Below, in pieces: positions 25,404 through 34,484 of a stretch of 58,012 nt of DNA (its first letter is position 1; the number at the start of each line of letters is the position of its first letter). Origin of the DNA: a candidate division WS1 bacterium (GTDB lineage Bacteria > Armatimonadota > Zipacnadia > Zipacnadales > Zipacnadaceae); assembly GCA_012523355.1 (NCBI GenBank), contig JAAYIR010000207.1, positions 1-58,012 of the forward strand, in the 5' to 3' direction. A program made the position numbers and the translations under genes. Under the pieces are notes generated by a model that was not told where the DNA came from, did not search any database, and saw only the letters and a list, made by a program, of their open reading frames with translations.

Positions 25404-28400
25404 GTCAACAAATCCGCCTCGTCACAAATGTCCGTAAAGGGACACTCGCCCAAGTAGGGCTTGCAGCCTTCCTCCGGAGGCTGGCCGGCAAAGTCAGCGC
25501 GTCCCTTGATCTCCGTGGCCCAGTGCACGAGCGCCTTGCGGAACTGCTCCAGGACCTCGCGACTGAGCGCCTCCTCCGGCTCCCCACCTTCACTCACGAG
25601 CAGGCACGAGCGTTTGCACTGGTAGCGCACGGAGAAGTTCTGCAAGCACAGGGCCACTGGCAGTGCGCCTGTTTCTGCCTCCCAGGCCAGGGCATACATC
25701 GGAAGCTGCACCTCCAGGTGCTTGAGGTAGCGCTGCCCCGCGTCAGTGGGAACGCCCTTGCGGATGTTCCGAGCGCTCTCGACGTTCGAAGTCTTGTAGT
25801 CCACCACGGCAACGCCGTCCTCCCACGTCTCCGCCACGTCAATTCGCCCTCCGAAGAGGTGGCGCCGTCCCTCCGGATCCGTCAGGCTGAACTGCAGAGA
25901 AGTCTCCGGTGACCGTGTCTGCGCCTGAGCAGCGTGGGTTTGCAGGAAGAAAGCCAGGCCAGCGGTTGCCAACTGCCCGTACATTTCTGCAGCCAGCGGA
26001 GTGGAGAACCGCTCTCGGAATCTCTCCAGTTCGCTCGTAAGTAGTGCCTCTGCGCGCTCTGGGTTTCTCTTCGAGGGAGGCACAGCGCTTAGCGCTCGCA
26101 GGAAGGCGTGCACCGCCTGGCCGTATGTCTGGCTGTCCGTGTCCTTCTCTGCACCTGCGCGTATGAGGTGGGTGAGGAAGTACCGTCGCGGGCAGCGCAG
26201 GTAATCCTTCAGGTGCGTGGGCGTAAGTACCAGAGTGTCGGCGCTTTCTCCCAGGATTGGCGCCTGCTCCGGCAGCTCCTTCCTCCCCTCTCCCGCCGGA
26301 CGTGGGGGAAGCCGCCGGAGCTCTCCGGCCCGATGGCAGGGAGACACAGGACAACCAGCATGGTCCTCTCGTCCCCCGGCCTCTTCTGGGACCCAGCCGC
26401 GGAACGGGCAGTCGGGGGCCTGTGGGGCAAGGAGGAAGTTCTCCGGCAGACTCGCAGCCAGGAAGGGGGAGGGGAACAAGCTGACACCGCCGGCCTCCAG
26501 ATGACAACTCAAGTACAGGCTCTCACTGGCGCGCGTGAGACAGGTATAGTATAGGCGTTGTTCGTCGGCCAGGGCCGCCTCCGGGGCCTCACCGAGGCCC
26601 GAAAAGACCGTGACCTCCGGCGGTAGGTGCAGAACCCGCCGCGTCTTCTCACGCAGAGCCCGAGCTGTGTCCGGATTGAGCAGTCGGGATACGACAGGCG
26701 GCGCTGGGAAGTCATCCTCTTCCAGGCAGGCCAGATACACGCGCCGGAACCGGCGTCCCCGGCTATCGTGGGCGGTGAGCACTGCGATTCCTGGCAGGTC
26801 AAAGGCGGGCCGCAGGCGAGCCTGGGTCAGGAGGGTCTCGATCTCAGAGGCAGTGAGCGGATGACCGGTAAGTCGCTCCAGCCACTCGCCACTCTGGTTG
26901 ACCTGGGTGAGGCAGGCCGCGACGGGCCCAGCCATACGCCTCCCGGCCTCAGGCGGGAGGCACCGGAGCAGGTGCTCCGCGAGTATTGTCAGGCGTTCCC
27001 GGAGCGGCAGTTCAGCAGCTTCCTCGAGCTTCTTGTGCCACTGGGCAAGTGCTGGGTACTCCGGCGTGTCGGCTTGCCAGGCGTTGCCGTCCCGGCAGAG
27101 TCCCGGGAGGCGCAGCCGCTCCTGGGATTCAGCGGTGAGACTAGCCAGGCGACAGAGGGCTTCGCCACGCGCCTGTTGTCGTGCCGGTCGGGCACCAGGG
27201 CTGGCGGCTGTCTGCTCTCGCCAGAGGCAGGCGATCAGTAAGTCCTTGAGCGCTTGGCGGCTCTGCCACTGGGCCTGGCCTTCCGCCTCCGAGACTGGGA
27301 GCCCTCGCAGGACCAGGTGTTCAGCCACTGCCTCGGCGTCGGCACTCCTGCGGGCAATCACGGCCAGCTCCCCCGGTTGGTATTCGCCGCCCTCCAGGAG
27401 TTCCACCAGTTCATCCGCGATCGCCGAGAATTCATCCTCCCGCGAGCGATAGGCGGCGTAGCATACCTCGCCCTCAAGGGCGCTGACTCCGGCAGGAGCG
27501 CTGTCCAGGTCGTTCATTCGACTGAATCGGTTGGCCACGGTGGCGATGGCTCTGGGCAGAGCACCTGCCCTCGCTTCGAGGGGAGAGTCCTCCAGAGGGC
27601 GCTTCAGCAAAGAACTGAGCAGTGCGCGAGGGTCCCCCAGGGCTCCGCGGAATCCGTAGATAGTCTGGGCTGGCTCGTAGGTGCCCACCAGTTCCGTGCG
27701 CGGACCGGTGAGCGCGGCAATCAGCTCCAGGTGCAGTGGCGTGGCTTCCTGTAAATCATCGGCCACAATGAGCGCGTACCTTTCGCGCCAGGTCTCTCCG
27801 AGGGCCGGGTCTTTGAGGGCCTCCAGCGCGAGCCAGAGCAAGCCGCGGAGATCGTAGACCCCTTCCTGCAGGAGCAGCTCCTGGTACCGCTCATACACCG
27901 CGGCCAGGTCTACCAGGGCGTCCGTCTGGGGCAGTCCCGGAAGTATCTGTTCCCGGAAGTCCTCGGGCCGAAGTTTGTGCCGTTTCAGTTCGGCGATGAA
28001 GTCTGCCACCTCATCGCGGAAACGTGGGCTGGACCTCACCTCCACCTGGCGAAAGTACCGCGCCCTCGCGTGTGTATGCTCCAAGGCGCGTCCGACCAGG
28101 AGGCGCTCGGTGAGAGTATCCAGGAAGTGTGGTGCCGCGCCCGGGGTGGCTTCAGCCAGAATCTGCCGCGCCACGCGCTCGTAGGTTAGCACCTGCGGCA
28201 TGGTGTGTGGTGGCTCAGTCGCAGCGGCCTGTAGAAAGCGCCTCTGCACAGACCCGGCAGCGGCGTTATCTAGCGCCAGGCACAGCACCGAGGGGGGTGG
28301 GAGACCCTGCACCAGGGACTGTCGAACCCGATGCACCAGATGCCCTGTCTTGCCCGCTCCCGGACCGCCACGATAGAGGACCGCCCGCGGCCCAAGGGAG

Positions 28401-28450
28401 GGGTTGTCGGAGCGGTTGCCGGTTCTCATGGTGGTCCTTCTGTTCGTCAT
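25400..28450 (-). CDS. AddB/AdnA-like helicase-nuclease subunit
   Basis: Walker A GGPGAGKTG, motif II-like IVADDLQE and VLTAHDSRGRRF. The C-terminal nuclease carries GRIDV...VVDYKT...QLPMYAL with an iron-staple-like Cys set (YLRCPRRYF; CKPYLGECPFTDIC). Its stop overlaps the start of the downstream subunit. Confidence 0.8.
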   Translation of the reverse strand: MTNRRTTMRTGNRSDNPSLGPRAVLYRGGPGAGKTGHLVHRVRQSLVQGLPPPSVLCLALDNAAAGSVQRRFLQAAATEPPHTMPQVLTYERVARQILAEATPGAAPHFLDTLTERLLVGRALEHTHARARYFRQVEVRSSPRFRDEVADFIAELKRHKLRPEDFREQILPGLPQTDALVDLAAVYERYQELLLQEGVYDLRGLLWLALEALKDPALGETWRERYALIVADDLQEATPLHLELIAALTGPRTELVGTYEPAQTIYGFRGALGDPRALLSSLLKRPLEDSPLEARAGALPRAIATVANRFSRMNDLDSAPAGVSALEGEVCYAAYRSREDEFSAIADELVELLEGGEYQPGELAVIARRSADAEAVAEHLVLRGLPVSEAEGQAQWQSRQALKDLLIACLWREQTAASPGARPARQQARGEALCRLASLTAESQERLRLPGLCRDGNAWQADTPEYPALAQWHKKLEEAAELPLRERLTILAEHLLRCLPPEAGRRMAGPVAACLTQVNQSGEWLERLTGHPLTASEIETLLTQARLRPAFDLPGIAVLTAHDSRGRRFRRVYLACLEEDDFPAPPVVSRLLNPDTARALREKTRRVLHLPPEVTVFSGLGEAPEAALADEQRLYYTCLTRASESLYLSCHLEAGGVSLFPSPFLAASLPENFLLAPQAPDCPFRGWVPEEAGGREDHAGCPVSPCHRAGELRRLPPRPAGEGRKELPEQAPILGESADTLVLTPTHLKDYLRCPRRYFLTHLIRAGAEKDTDSQTYGQAVHAFLRALSAVPPSKRNPERAEALLTSELERFRERFSTPLAAEMYGQLATAGLAFFLQTHAAQAQTRSPETSLQFSLTDPEGRRHLFGGRIDVAETWEDGVAVVDYKTSNVESARNIRKGVPTDAGQRYLKHLEVQLPMYALAWEAETGALPVALCLQNFSVRYQCKRSCLLVSEGGEPEEALSREVLEQFRKALVHWATEIKGRADFAGQPPEEGCKPYLGECPFTDICDEADLLT

Positions 28451-28499
28451 GCCCCGGTCGGAGTCCTCTGCCGGGGAGTGACGTGGCGCCGCTTGCCGC

Positions 28500-28529
28500 T
28501 TGACACTCGGCGGACTGGCTGCCTATAAT
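28500..28529 (+). promoter_or_regulatory. Putative sigma70-type promoter of the PPIase gene
   Basis: TTGACA (28500-28505), an 18-nt spacer, then TATAAT (28524-28529), about 40 nt upstream of the ATG at 28570. Confidence 0.5.
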
Positions 28530-28569
28530 CACCCTGTCGCGCGACGCCTATCCCCGAGGGAGGTTGGAA

Positions 28570-29922
28570 ATGGTGTCCTATCTGCGCATCCCCGGTTGGC
28601 CCCTGGTCTACACTTGTTTGTTGCTGGTTCTGCTGCTCCCGGTCGTATCAGGCTGGGCACAGGCCCCCGCTCGTCCCGCTCCAGAACCGGCAGTCGGTTC
28701 ACGTCCGGCACCCGCTGCTGAGGCCCTGGCGGTTGTCAATGGCAAGCCCATTGAGGGCTCCACCTTCCAGGAGGAGGTAGTGGGTAATTGGGCCTCTCGG
28801 GTGCTGCAAGATGTCATCGCCCGGCGCGTGGTGTGGGATGAAGCCGCCCGTCTAGGGCTATCGATCACCACCGCCGAGCTGAACGCTCGTCTGAAAGCTC
28901 TCAAACAACCGTATGGCTCAGAGTCCGCTTTCGAGGAGATGCTCCGCAATACTGGCGAGACTGAGGAGCACTTCACCTTGCGGGTCAAGACCGACATGCT
29001 GCTGGACAAGATTGTGGCTCGGCGGGGCTCGGTGACCGATGCCGAGTTACAGGCGTACTACGACAAGCACCGCTCCGATTACGTCCATCCGCCTCGGGTG
29101 CATCTCTATGAGCTGGTCACCACCGACCTGGCGGCTGCGTATGCCGGCAGCCGGCGCATCAGCGGGGGAGAGGACTTCCCTCTGGTGGCCAAGGAGATGT
29201 CCGTGGCGCCCTCCGCATCTACCGGCGGCGATCTGGGGCTGGTCAGCGCCGATCAGGTCCCGGCGGGTCTCCTGCGTGCCACCGCCTTCTCGCTGGAGGC
29301 CGGGCAGGTCAGCAATCCCCTCCTGGTGGACGGCAAGTACTACCTGCTTTATGTCTCCGAGGTGCAGAAAGGCTCCAGTGGGACTCTCGAGGAGGTCAAA
29401 CCCGCGCTGCTGGAGGCTATCAAGAAGGAGAAGGGTCTAACTCGAGAGGCCGTACTGGACGCGCTGCTGCGCGCAGCCTCCATTCAGGTCGTCTGGGAGC
29501 CCCTGCGCTATCTCAATGTCCACTATCAGCAGGCGCGCCGACGCGCCTTGATGGTAGATGGCAAGAGTGTTGACCTGCCCCTGGATCCACGCATCGAGGG
29601 CGGCCGCATGGTCCTGGTGGTCAAGCCGATGTTGCTGGCTATGGGCGCCACCGTCAAGTGGGACGCCCAGGCCATGACCCTGACCGCGGTGAAGGATTCC
29701 CGCCAGGCCGTCCTGACCGTGGGCAAGCCGATTATGATGGCCGGAGAGAAGGCAGTGCCCATTCTCGCTCCGCGCCTGCAAGAAGATATGGTCCTCACCG
29801 AGCCGCGGCCGCTGGTCGAGGCCCTGGGCGGCAGCCTTCGCTGGGATCCTATGCGCAATACACTCTTCGTCAAGAGCGTGTCCGAGCCTGAGACTGCCCC
29901 GGAGCCGACGCCGGAAGGCTAA
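28570..29922 (+). CDS. Secreted parvulin-type peptidyl-prolyl isomerase (SurA/PrsA-like) with a C-terminal copper-amine-oxidase-N-like stalk domain
   Basis: A signal peptide (LLLVLLLPVVSGWAQA), a SurA-like chaperone region, a PPIC block (RVHLYELV...GGDLGLVSADQVPAGL...GKYYLLYVSEV), and a C-terminal beta-domain (VDLPLDPRIEGGRMVLVVKPMLLAMGATVKWD...). The SD GAGGGAGG lies upstream. Confidence 0.8.
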   Translation: MVSYLRIPGWPLVYTCLLLVLLLPVVSGWAQAPARPAPEPAVGSRPAPAAEALAVVNGKPIEGSTFQEEVVGNWASRVLQDVIARRVVWDEAARLGLSITTAELNARLKALKQPYGSESAFEEMLRNTGETEEHFTLRVKTDMLLDKIVARRGSVTDAELQAYYDKHRSDYVHPPRVHLYELVTTDLAAAYAGSRRISGGEDFPLVAKEMSVAPSASTGGDLGLVSADQVPAGLLRATAFSLEAGQVSNPLLVDGKYYLLYVSEVQKGSSGTLEEVKPALLEAIKKEKGLTREAVLDALLRAASIQVVWEPLRYLNVHYQQARRRALMVDGKSVDLPLDPRIEGGRMVLVVKPMLLAMGATVKWDAQAMTLTAVKDSRQAVLTVGKPIMMAGEKAVPILAPRLQEDMVLTEPRPLVEALGGSLRWDPMRNTLFVKSVSEPETAPEPTPEG

Positions 29923-29947
29923 GGAGGCGAGAAGGCTGTAATCCTGG

Positions 29948-29982
29948 CGGGCGCTGCTCGGCATGAGGGCGGGCAGCGCCTG
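29948..29982 (+). terminator. Terminator-like hairpin after the PPIase gene
   Basis: The stem GGCGCTGC (29950-29957) / GCAGCGCC (29973-29980) is extendable by 2 bp and is followed by the T-rich TGTTTGGTGTTGTG. It overlaps the first candidate ATG of the next ORF. Confidence 0.35.
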
Positions 29983-31426
29983 TTTGGTGTTGTGCCCCAT
30001 GATGTCACCACCCGCGGAATCGCACCAGCCACATCTGCGCCTCTTGCGAGAGCATCCCGAGGACTGCGCATATGGAACTCTCTCCTCTGGGCAGGTTATA
30101 TGCCTGATCGTGCTCCTCGTCCTGCTCGGAGCTTTGATTCTGTGGCAGCCCTGGGCCACGGTCATAACGCTCAACACGCTTGCCATTCTGTTCTACTTGC
30201 TGCACATTGGCTACAAGTTCTTCCTGGTCTACCGCTCGCTCCACCATTCCTCCAAGATCAAGATCCCGCCGGTAGCTCTCAGCACGCTCCGCCCGGAAAA
30301 CCTCCCGACCTATAGCATCCTGGTGCCTTTGTATCGGGAAGCGGCTGTAGTACCCTCCATCGTCGCGGCTCTGGCCGCGCTCGAGTATCCCGCGGACAAG
30401 CGCGAGGTCTGGCTCCTGGCTGAGGCCAACGATCACGAAACCCAGGCGGCCCTGTCGGCGCAGGCCTTGCCTGAGGGTTTCCGGGTCCTGATCGTGCCAC
30501 CCGGAACGCCCCAGACCAAACCGCGCGCCTGCGATTTTGGGCTGGAGGTCGCCACTGGGGAGCTGCTGGTGGTCTATGATGCGGAGGACCGGCCGGAACC
30601 GGATCAACTCAAGCAAGCGGCCTGGATCTTCCTCCATTCTCCGGAACGTTTGGCTTGCGCTCAAGCCTGCCTCAACTACTATAATCCTCGTCAGAACATT
30701 CTCACGCGCTGGTTTACTGCTGAGTACTCGTCGTGGTTCGACCTGTTTCTCCCGGGCCTGACCGGTCTGGATGGCCCGGTCCCTCTGGGGGGCACCTCGA
30801 ATCACTTCCGCACTTCCGTGCTACGCGAGCTGGCAGGGTGGGATCCCTTCAACGTGACCGAGGACTGTGACCTGGGGGTGCGGCTCCACAAGCACGGTTA
30901 CCGCACGGTCATGATGGACAGCACCACCTGGGAGGAAGCCAACAGCCGTTTGCTCAGTTGGCTCCGACAGCGCTCCCGCTGGGTCAAGGGCTATCTCCAG
31001 ACCTGGCTCGTGCATACACGCCATCCCCTGCGGCTACTTCGGCAACTGGGCCTGCCTGGCTGGTTCAGCTTCCATATGACGGTCGGCGGCTCCGTACTCT
31101 GCTACTTGCTGAACCCCCTCTACTGGGCGCTGACCCTGCTCTGGCTCACTGCCCATCCCGAGGCCGTGGCCCGTCTGTTCCCGCCCGTGGTGTATGCGCT
31201 GGGGCTGTTTTGCCTGTACGTTGGAAATTTCGTCTTCGTGTACCTGGCGGTGCTCGGTTGTCTCTATCGGCGCTACTATGAGCTGGTCAAGTATGCCATT
31301 CTGACCCCGGTCTACTGGCTCCTGATGAGTCTCGGAGCTTACCGGGGGGTGCTGCAGCTTCTCAGCCGTCCCTCCTTCTGGGAGAAGACCGACCACGGCT
31401 TCGCTCGCGAGGAGGCTGAGCCATGA
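29963..31426 (+). CDS. Processive family-2 glycosyltransferase (beta-glycan synthase type, membrane-integrated)
   Basis: N- and C-terminal TM helices, with motifs YDAEDRPEPDQL (DxD), VTEDCDLG (TED) and QRSRWVKG (QxxRW). The start is ambiguous (ATG 29963, 29999 or 30002). Confidence 0.85.
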   Translation: MRAGSACLVLCPMMSPPAESHQPHLRLLREHPEDCAYGTLSSGQVICLIVLLVLLGALILWQPWATVITLNTLAILFYLLHIGYKFFLVYRSLHHSSKIKIPPVALSTLRPENLPTYSILVPLYREAAVVPSIVAALAALEYPADKREVWLLAEANDHETQAALSAQALPEGFRVLIVPPGTPQTKPRACDFGLEVATGELLVVYDAEDRPEPDQLKQAAWIFLHSPERLACAQACLNYYNPRQNILTRWFTAEYSSWFDLFLPGLTGLDGPVPLGGTSNHFRTSVLRELAGWDPFNVTEDCDLGVRLHKHGYRTVMMDSTTWEEANSRLLSWLRQRSRWVKGYLQTWLVHTRHPLRLLRQLGLPGWFSFHMTVGGSVLCYLLNPLYWALTLLWLTAHPEAVARLFPPVVYALGLFCLYVGNFVFVYLAVLGCLYRRYYELVKYAILTPVYWLLMSLGAYRGVLQLLSRPSFWEKTDHGFAREEAEP

Positions 31427-32913
31427 GACGCGCGGGCCGCATGCTGGAAGCCGCGCTGTTGTTCCTGGTGGCCGCCGCCCTGGCGCTGTATGCCGGGCAG
31501 CGGGCCGCCGAGGACTGGCAGGTCAATTGGGATGGCCTCTCAGCCGTGGTCCATGCGCAGGATATCTGGCATCGCGCGCCCGAGCCGCGGCTAACCCAGA
31601 TCGGTTTCGTGCAGCCGCCCTTGCCGGCCCTGCTGGCCTCTGCGGTGGCGATCCCCCGCACGCGGCCCGATCTCATCCGCTTTCTTCCCCCGCTGCTCGG
31701 CGCTCTCTATCTCGGCCTCACGGCCCTGGTCTTCTTCAAGCTGGTACGAGGGCGGGGCTTGTCACGCCCCTGGGCCTACCTCCTGACCGCCGCTCTCGTG
31801 CTGCACCCGCTGCTGCTGAGCCAGGCTGCCGGCGGGGCGCCAGCGGCGCTGCGCACTCTGCTCATTCTGGGAATGCTTTGGGGTCTTGACGAATGGGCGA
31901 GGAGTGGATCGCTGCGGGCGCTATTAGTCGCGAGCCTGCTCCTCGGCGCCGGGCTTCTGACCCGCTACGAACTGGTGTTGTGGGTCGGGCCGATTGCCGT
32001 GACGATTGCGGTCATCAGCGCTCGGGCAGGCGGGTACTCGCAAGCGGAAGGCACGGTTCTCGCCTTCCTGTTGCCGCTCGCGTACCTGGCCGCGGGGTGG
32101 ATTGCCGCCTGCTGGTTCATCCAGGGCGATCCCTGGTACTTCTGGCGTCACACTTTTGCGAATTCGCCTGAGCTGACCTCAGATGGGTTGGCGCGGGCGG
32201 CCAGCGATATCAGTCTTCTGGCCTGTCCCTTCCTCACCGGTGCCTTGTGGTACACCCTGGCCAGCAAACGCCGGGCTCGTGCCGGACAGTTTTCCATCGC
32301 CTTGCTGTTAGGCGGGCCCGTCCTGGCCGCGGCCGGAGCCTCGGTCCTGGGGCGGCTCTCCGGGGGTCCCTGGTCACAGCTCATGGCGGTATCGTGCCTC
32401 GCCATGGCCGGAGGGTACCTGCTGGCCGCCCGAGGCCTGGGAGACGCGATGCGGGGAAGCGGATGGGACCTCCACGCGGTAATGAGTCTGGTGCTGGCCG
32501 CGGTCGGGATGACTGCGGCAGTGCATTTCACGCAACTGGGGATGGGGCTCCCACGAGGGCTGACGGATACCATCCGCGGAAAGATAGCCTTCACGGGAGA
32601 TTGCCATGCCGAAGCTGCTGCGGCGGCACGGTTGAGAGAGGAGTTGGCCCCCGGCGAGCGGGCTGTGATCGCTGGATGGCCAGGTTTTGCGGTCGCGGCC
32701 TTCGAAGGCCACCTGAACCGCACCATACTGGTGCCAACGCCGCAGCCTCCAGGGGGAGACATCCCCGCAGTCGAGGTGCTGCTAGTCAGGGAAGATCAGC
32801 GGGGCTCTGCGCAGGACTCCTGGAAACAGGCGCTGGAGACGCGCTTGGAGATGCTCTGGCGCGTTGGGTCGTGGACGTGCTACCGCCCGGTGCCTACGCA
32901 GCAGTCACCTTGA
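31423..32913 (+). CDS. Polytopic membrane protein, possibly a GT-C-fold glycosyltransferase or synthase accessory subunit
   Basis: At least 10 predicted hydrophobic helices, an acidic first loop (AAEDWQVNWD) and a soluble C-terminal ~110 aa. The ATGA overlap with the GT2 gene implies co-translation. Confidence 0.55.
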   Translation: MRRAGRMLEAALLFLVAAALALYAGQRAAEDWQVNWDGLSAVVHAQDIWHRAPEPRLTQIGFVQPPLPALLASAVAIPRTRPDLIRFLPPLLGALYLGLTALVFFKLVRGRGLSRPWAYLLTAALVLHPLLLSQAAGGAPAALRTLLILGMLWGLDEWARSGSLRALLVASLLLGAGLLTRYELVLWVGPIAVTIAVISARAGGYSQAEGTVLAFLLPLAYLAAGWIAACWFIQGDPWYFWRHTFANSPELTSDGLARAASDISLLACPFLTGALWYTLASKRRARAGQFSIALLLGGPVLAAAGASVLGRLSGGPWSQLMAVSCLAMAGGYLLAARGLGDAMRGSGWDLHAVMSLVLAAVGMTAAVHFTQLGMGLPRGLTDTIRGKIAFTGDCHAEAAAAARLREELAPGERAVIAGWPGFAVAAFEGHLNRTILVPTPQPPGGDIPAVEVLLVREDQRGSAQDSWKQALETRLEMLWRVGSWTCYRPVPTQQSP

Positions 32914-33898
32914 AACTCTCCACGCCCATCTCCCCCAGGCCGTATTCCGCAGCGAGGCGCAGGTGGACGACCTCCGAGGGCTCCAGGCCGAGAAAACGGC
33001 AGGCATAGGCATCTGCCGCCACTGGGTCAGCGCTCACCACCACCGTATGCGGCTCCTCAACTCGGCCTGGACCCTGTGGCCCATTGGTCATGAGCGCGCG
33101 GGTCGCATCAATCACCGTGAGCGTGGGGCGCAGCGCCAGCGCCAGGTCAGCGATGTTCTGGCTCAGGTTGTCGGCGCCGTCCCGGGTAACGCCGAAACTG
33201 TGGTAGCGCTGCCGATTCCACACAGCTCCCATCTGGTTCTTAATCCCCAGGGTTGCTCGCGAGGCCCCGTGCACCTTGGCGATCGCGAGGTTGATGTAGG
33301 CATCACATTCCAGAACGTCTCGCGCAATCTGATCTTGCTTGAGGCTCTTTCCTGCGGGGAAATCCACCTCTTCATACATCGCGGCCTTGCTCAGATCAAC
33401 CAGCCGTACGCCGGCGGCCTGACACACTTCCTTCGCGCCGGAGACCCCGAAGGCGGCCTCGGCCGTGTTCAGAGGATGCTCTACCACCAGAATCTCCTTG
33501 GCGCGGGCTTCGTTACATAGAGCAAGAACCGCAGCCAGCACTTGAGGGTGCACGGTCGCAGCCTGAGGAGGTTGAGTGGCGTAGGCCAGGTTGGGTTTGA
33601 TGACCACGCGGTCCCCGGGCTTGACCCAGGTCGAGATGCCGCCGTAGCGATTGATTGCGGTCCGTGTCAAGTCGGCTGGACTTGCCTTTTCAGCCAGGGC
33701 CAGGGTTACTTCACCCGCGAGGGAGGGATCAAAGCGGTTGGCCCCTACCTTTCCACCCGTCGCCGCGCCCTCAGGCAGGGAGGATTCTGGAGTCCCGGGG
33801 CGCGAGACTGCCTTCCGCGCGCAGCCCAGGAGGGATCCCCCCAGCACCAGTCCGGTCGCGGCCAGAGCTCCGTGAATGAGAAAGTCTCTTCGATTCAT
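32894..33898 (-). CDS. DUF362-domain protein with a twin-arginine (Tat) signal
   Basis: The N-terminus MNRRDFLIHGALAATGLVLGG is Tat-like, and the DUF362-type blocks VVIKPNLAYA, INLAIAKVHG and VIDATRAL are present. Confidence 0.75.
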   Translation of the reverse strand: MNRRDFLIHGALAATGLVLGGSLLGCARKAVSRPGTPESSLPEGAATGGKVGANRFDPSLAGEVTLALAEKASPADLTRTAINRYGGISTWVKPGDRVVIKPNLAYATQPPQAATVHPQVLAAVLALCNEARAKEILVVEHPLNTAEAAFGVSGAKEVCQAAGVRLVDLSKAAMYEEVDFPAGKSLKQDQIARDVLECDAYINLAIAKVHGASRATLGIKNQMGAVWNRQRYHSFGVTRDGADNLSQNIADLALALRPTLTVIDATRALMTNGPQGPGRVEEPHTVVVSADPVAADAYACRFLGLEPSEVVHLRLAAEYGLGEMGVESFKVTAA

Positions 33899-33966
33899 AT
33901 GTCAGTTGCCTTCCGAGCAGTTTGCGGTCTTGGGCGCCACAAACGGCACAGCCCTTCCCCCACTCG

Positions 33967-34482
33967 CTACAGGGGAGGCCCTGCGGGCATTGTGACTGGT
34001 AGCGGCGGCGCGGGAACCGGCAGGACCAGACGTGCCAGCCAGACCAGGGGAACGGTAAGGACCGCGCTATACAGCGCCTCCAGAAACAGATGGCCCAACC
34101 AGGATCCGAAGACCGGCGGTGGCGCAAAGATCAGCCCCACAATCCCGGCCACGAGGACTGCCAAAAACACCGTGAGCATGAGAAGCAGTAGTCGGTTGGG
34201 AAATATGGTCTGTCCCAGGATGCCCAGGAAGATTCCACAGCCCATGTAGGCCACGAATAGACCACCCATGGGCAACGCGCCCAACGCCGCCACGCACAAG
34301 GCTCCCGCCATCCCGGACCATGCACCCTCCAGCGGACCCCGGAACAGCCCCACCAGAACCACCGCGACCAGGACCAGCTTGGGGGCTACGGCGCCGCCCA
34401 GCTTGAGCCACGGCGCCCACGATAGCTCCAAAGCTGCCAGCACCAACATCGCAACGAATTCACCCAGGTAATACCAAATCAT
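33967..34482 (-). CDS. mreD: Rod shape-determining protein MreD
   Basis: A 171-aa, highly hydrophobic 5-TM protein immediately downstream of mreC (2-nt gap). Confidence 0.75.
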   Translation of the reverse strand: MIWYYLGEFVAMLVLAALELSWAPWLKLGGAVAPKLVLVAVVLVGLFRGPLEGAWSGMAGALCVAALGALPMGGLFVAYMGCGIFLGILGQTIFPNRLLLLMLTVFLAVLVAGIVGLIFAPPPVFGSWLGHLFLEALYSAVLTVPLVWLARLVLPVPAPPLPVTMPAGPPL

Positions 34483-34484
34483 AG

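Noticed and set aside
22107-28450. The helicase-nuclease pair plus the adjacent MazG-like gene as a phage-defence island (Gabija/Hachiman-like).
   Set aside because: Subunit sizes, motif order, the paired RecB nucleases and the overlapping gene junction all fit the housekeeping AddAB/AdnAB double-strand-break resection enzyme. The flanks contain no mobile or defence-associated genes.
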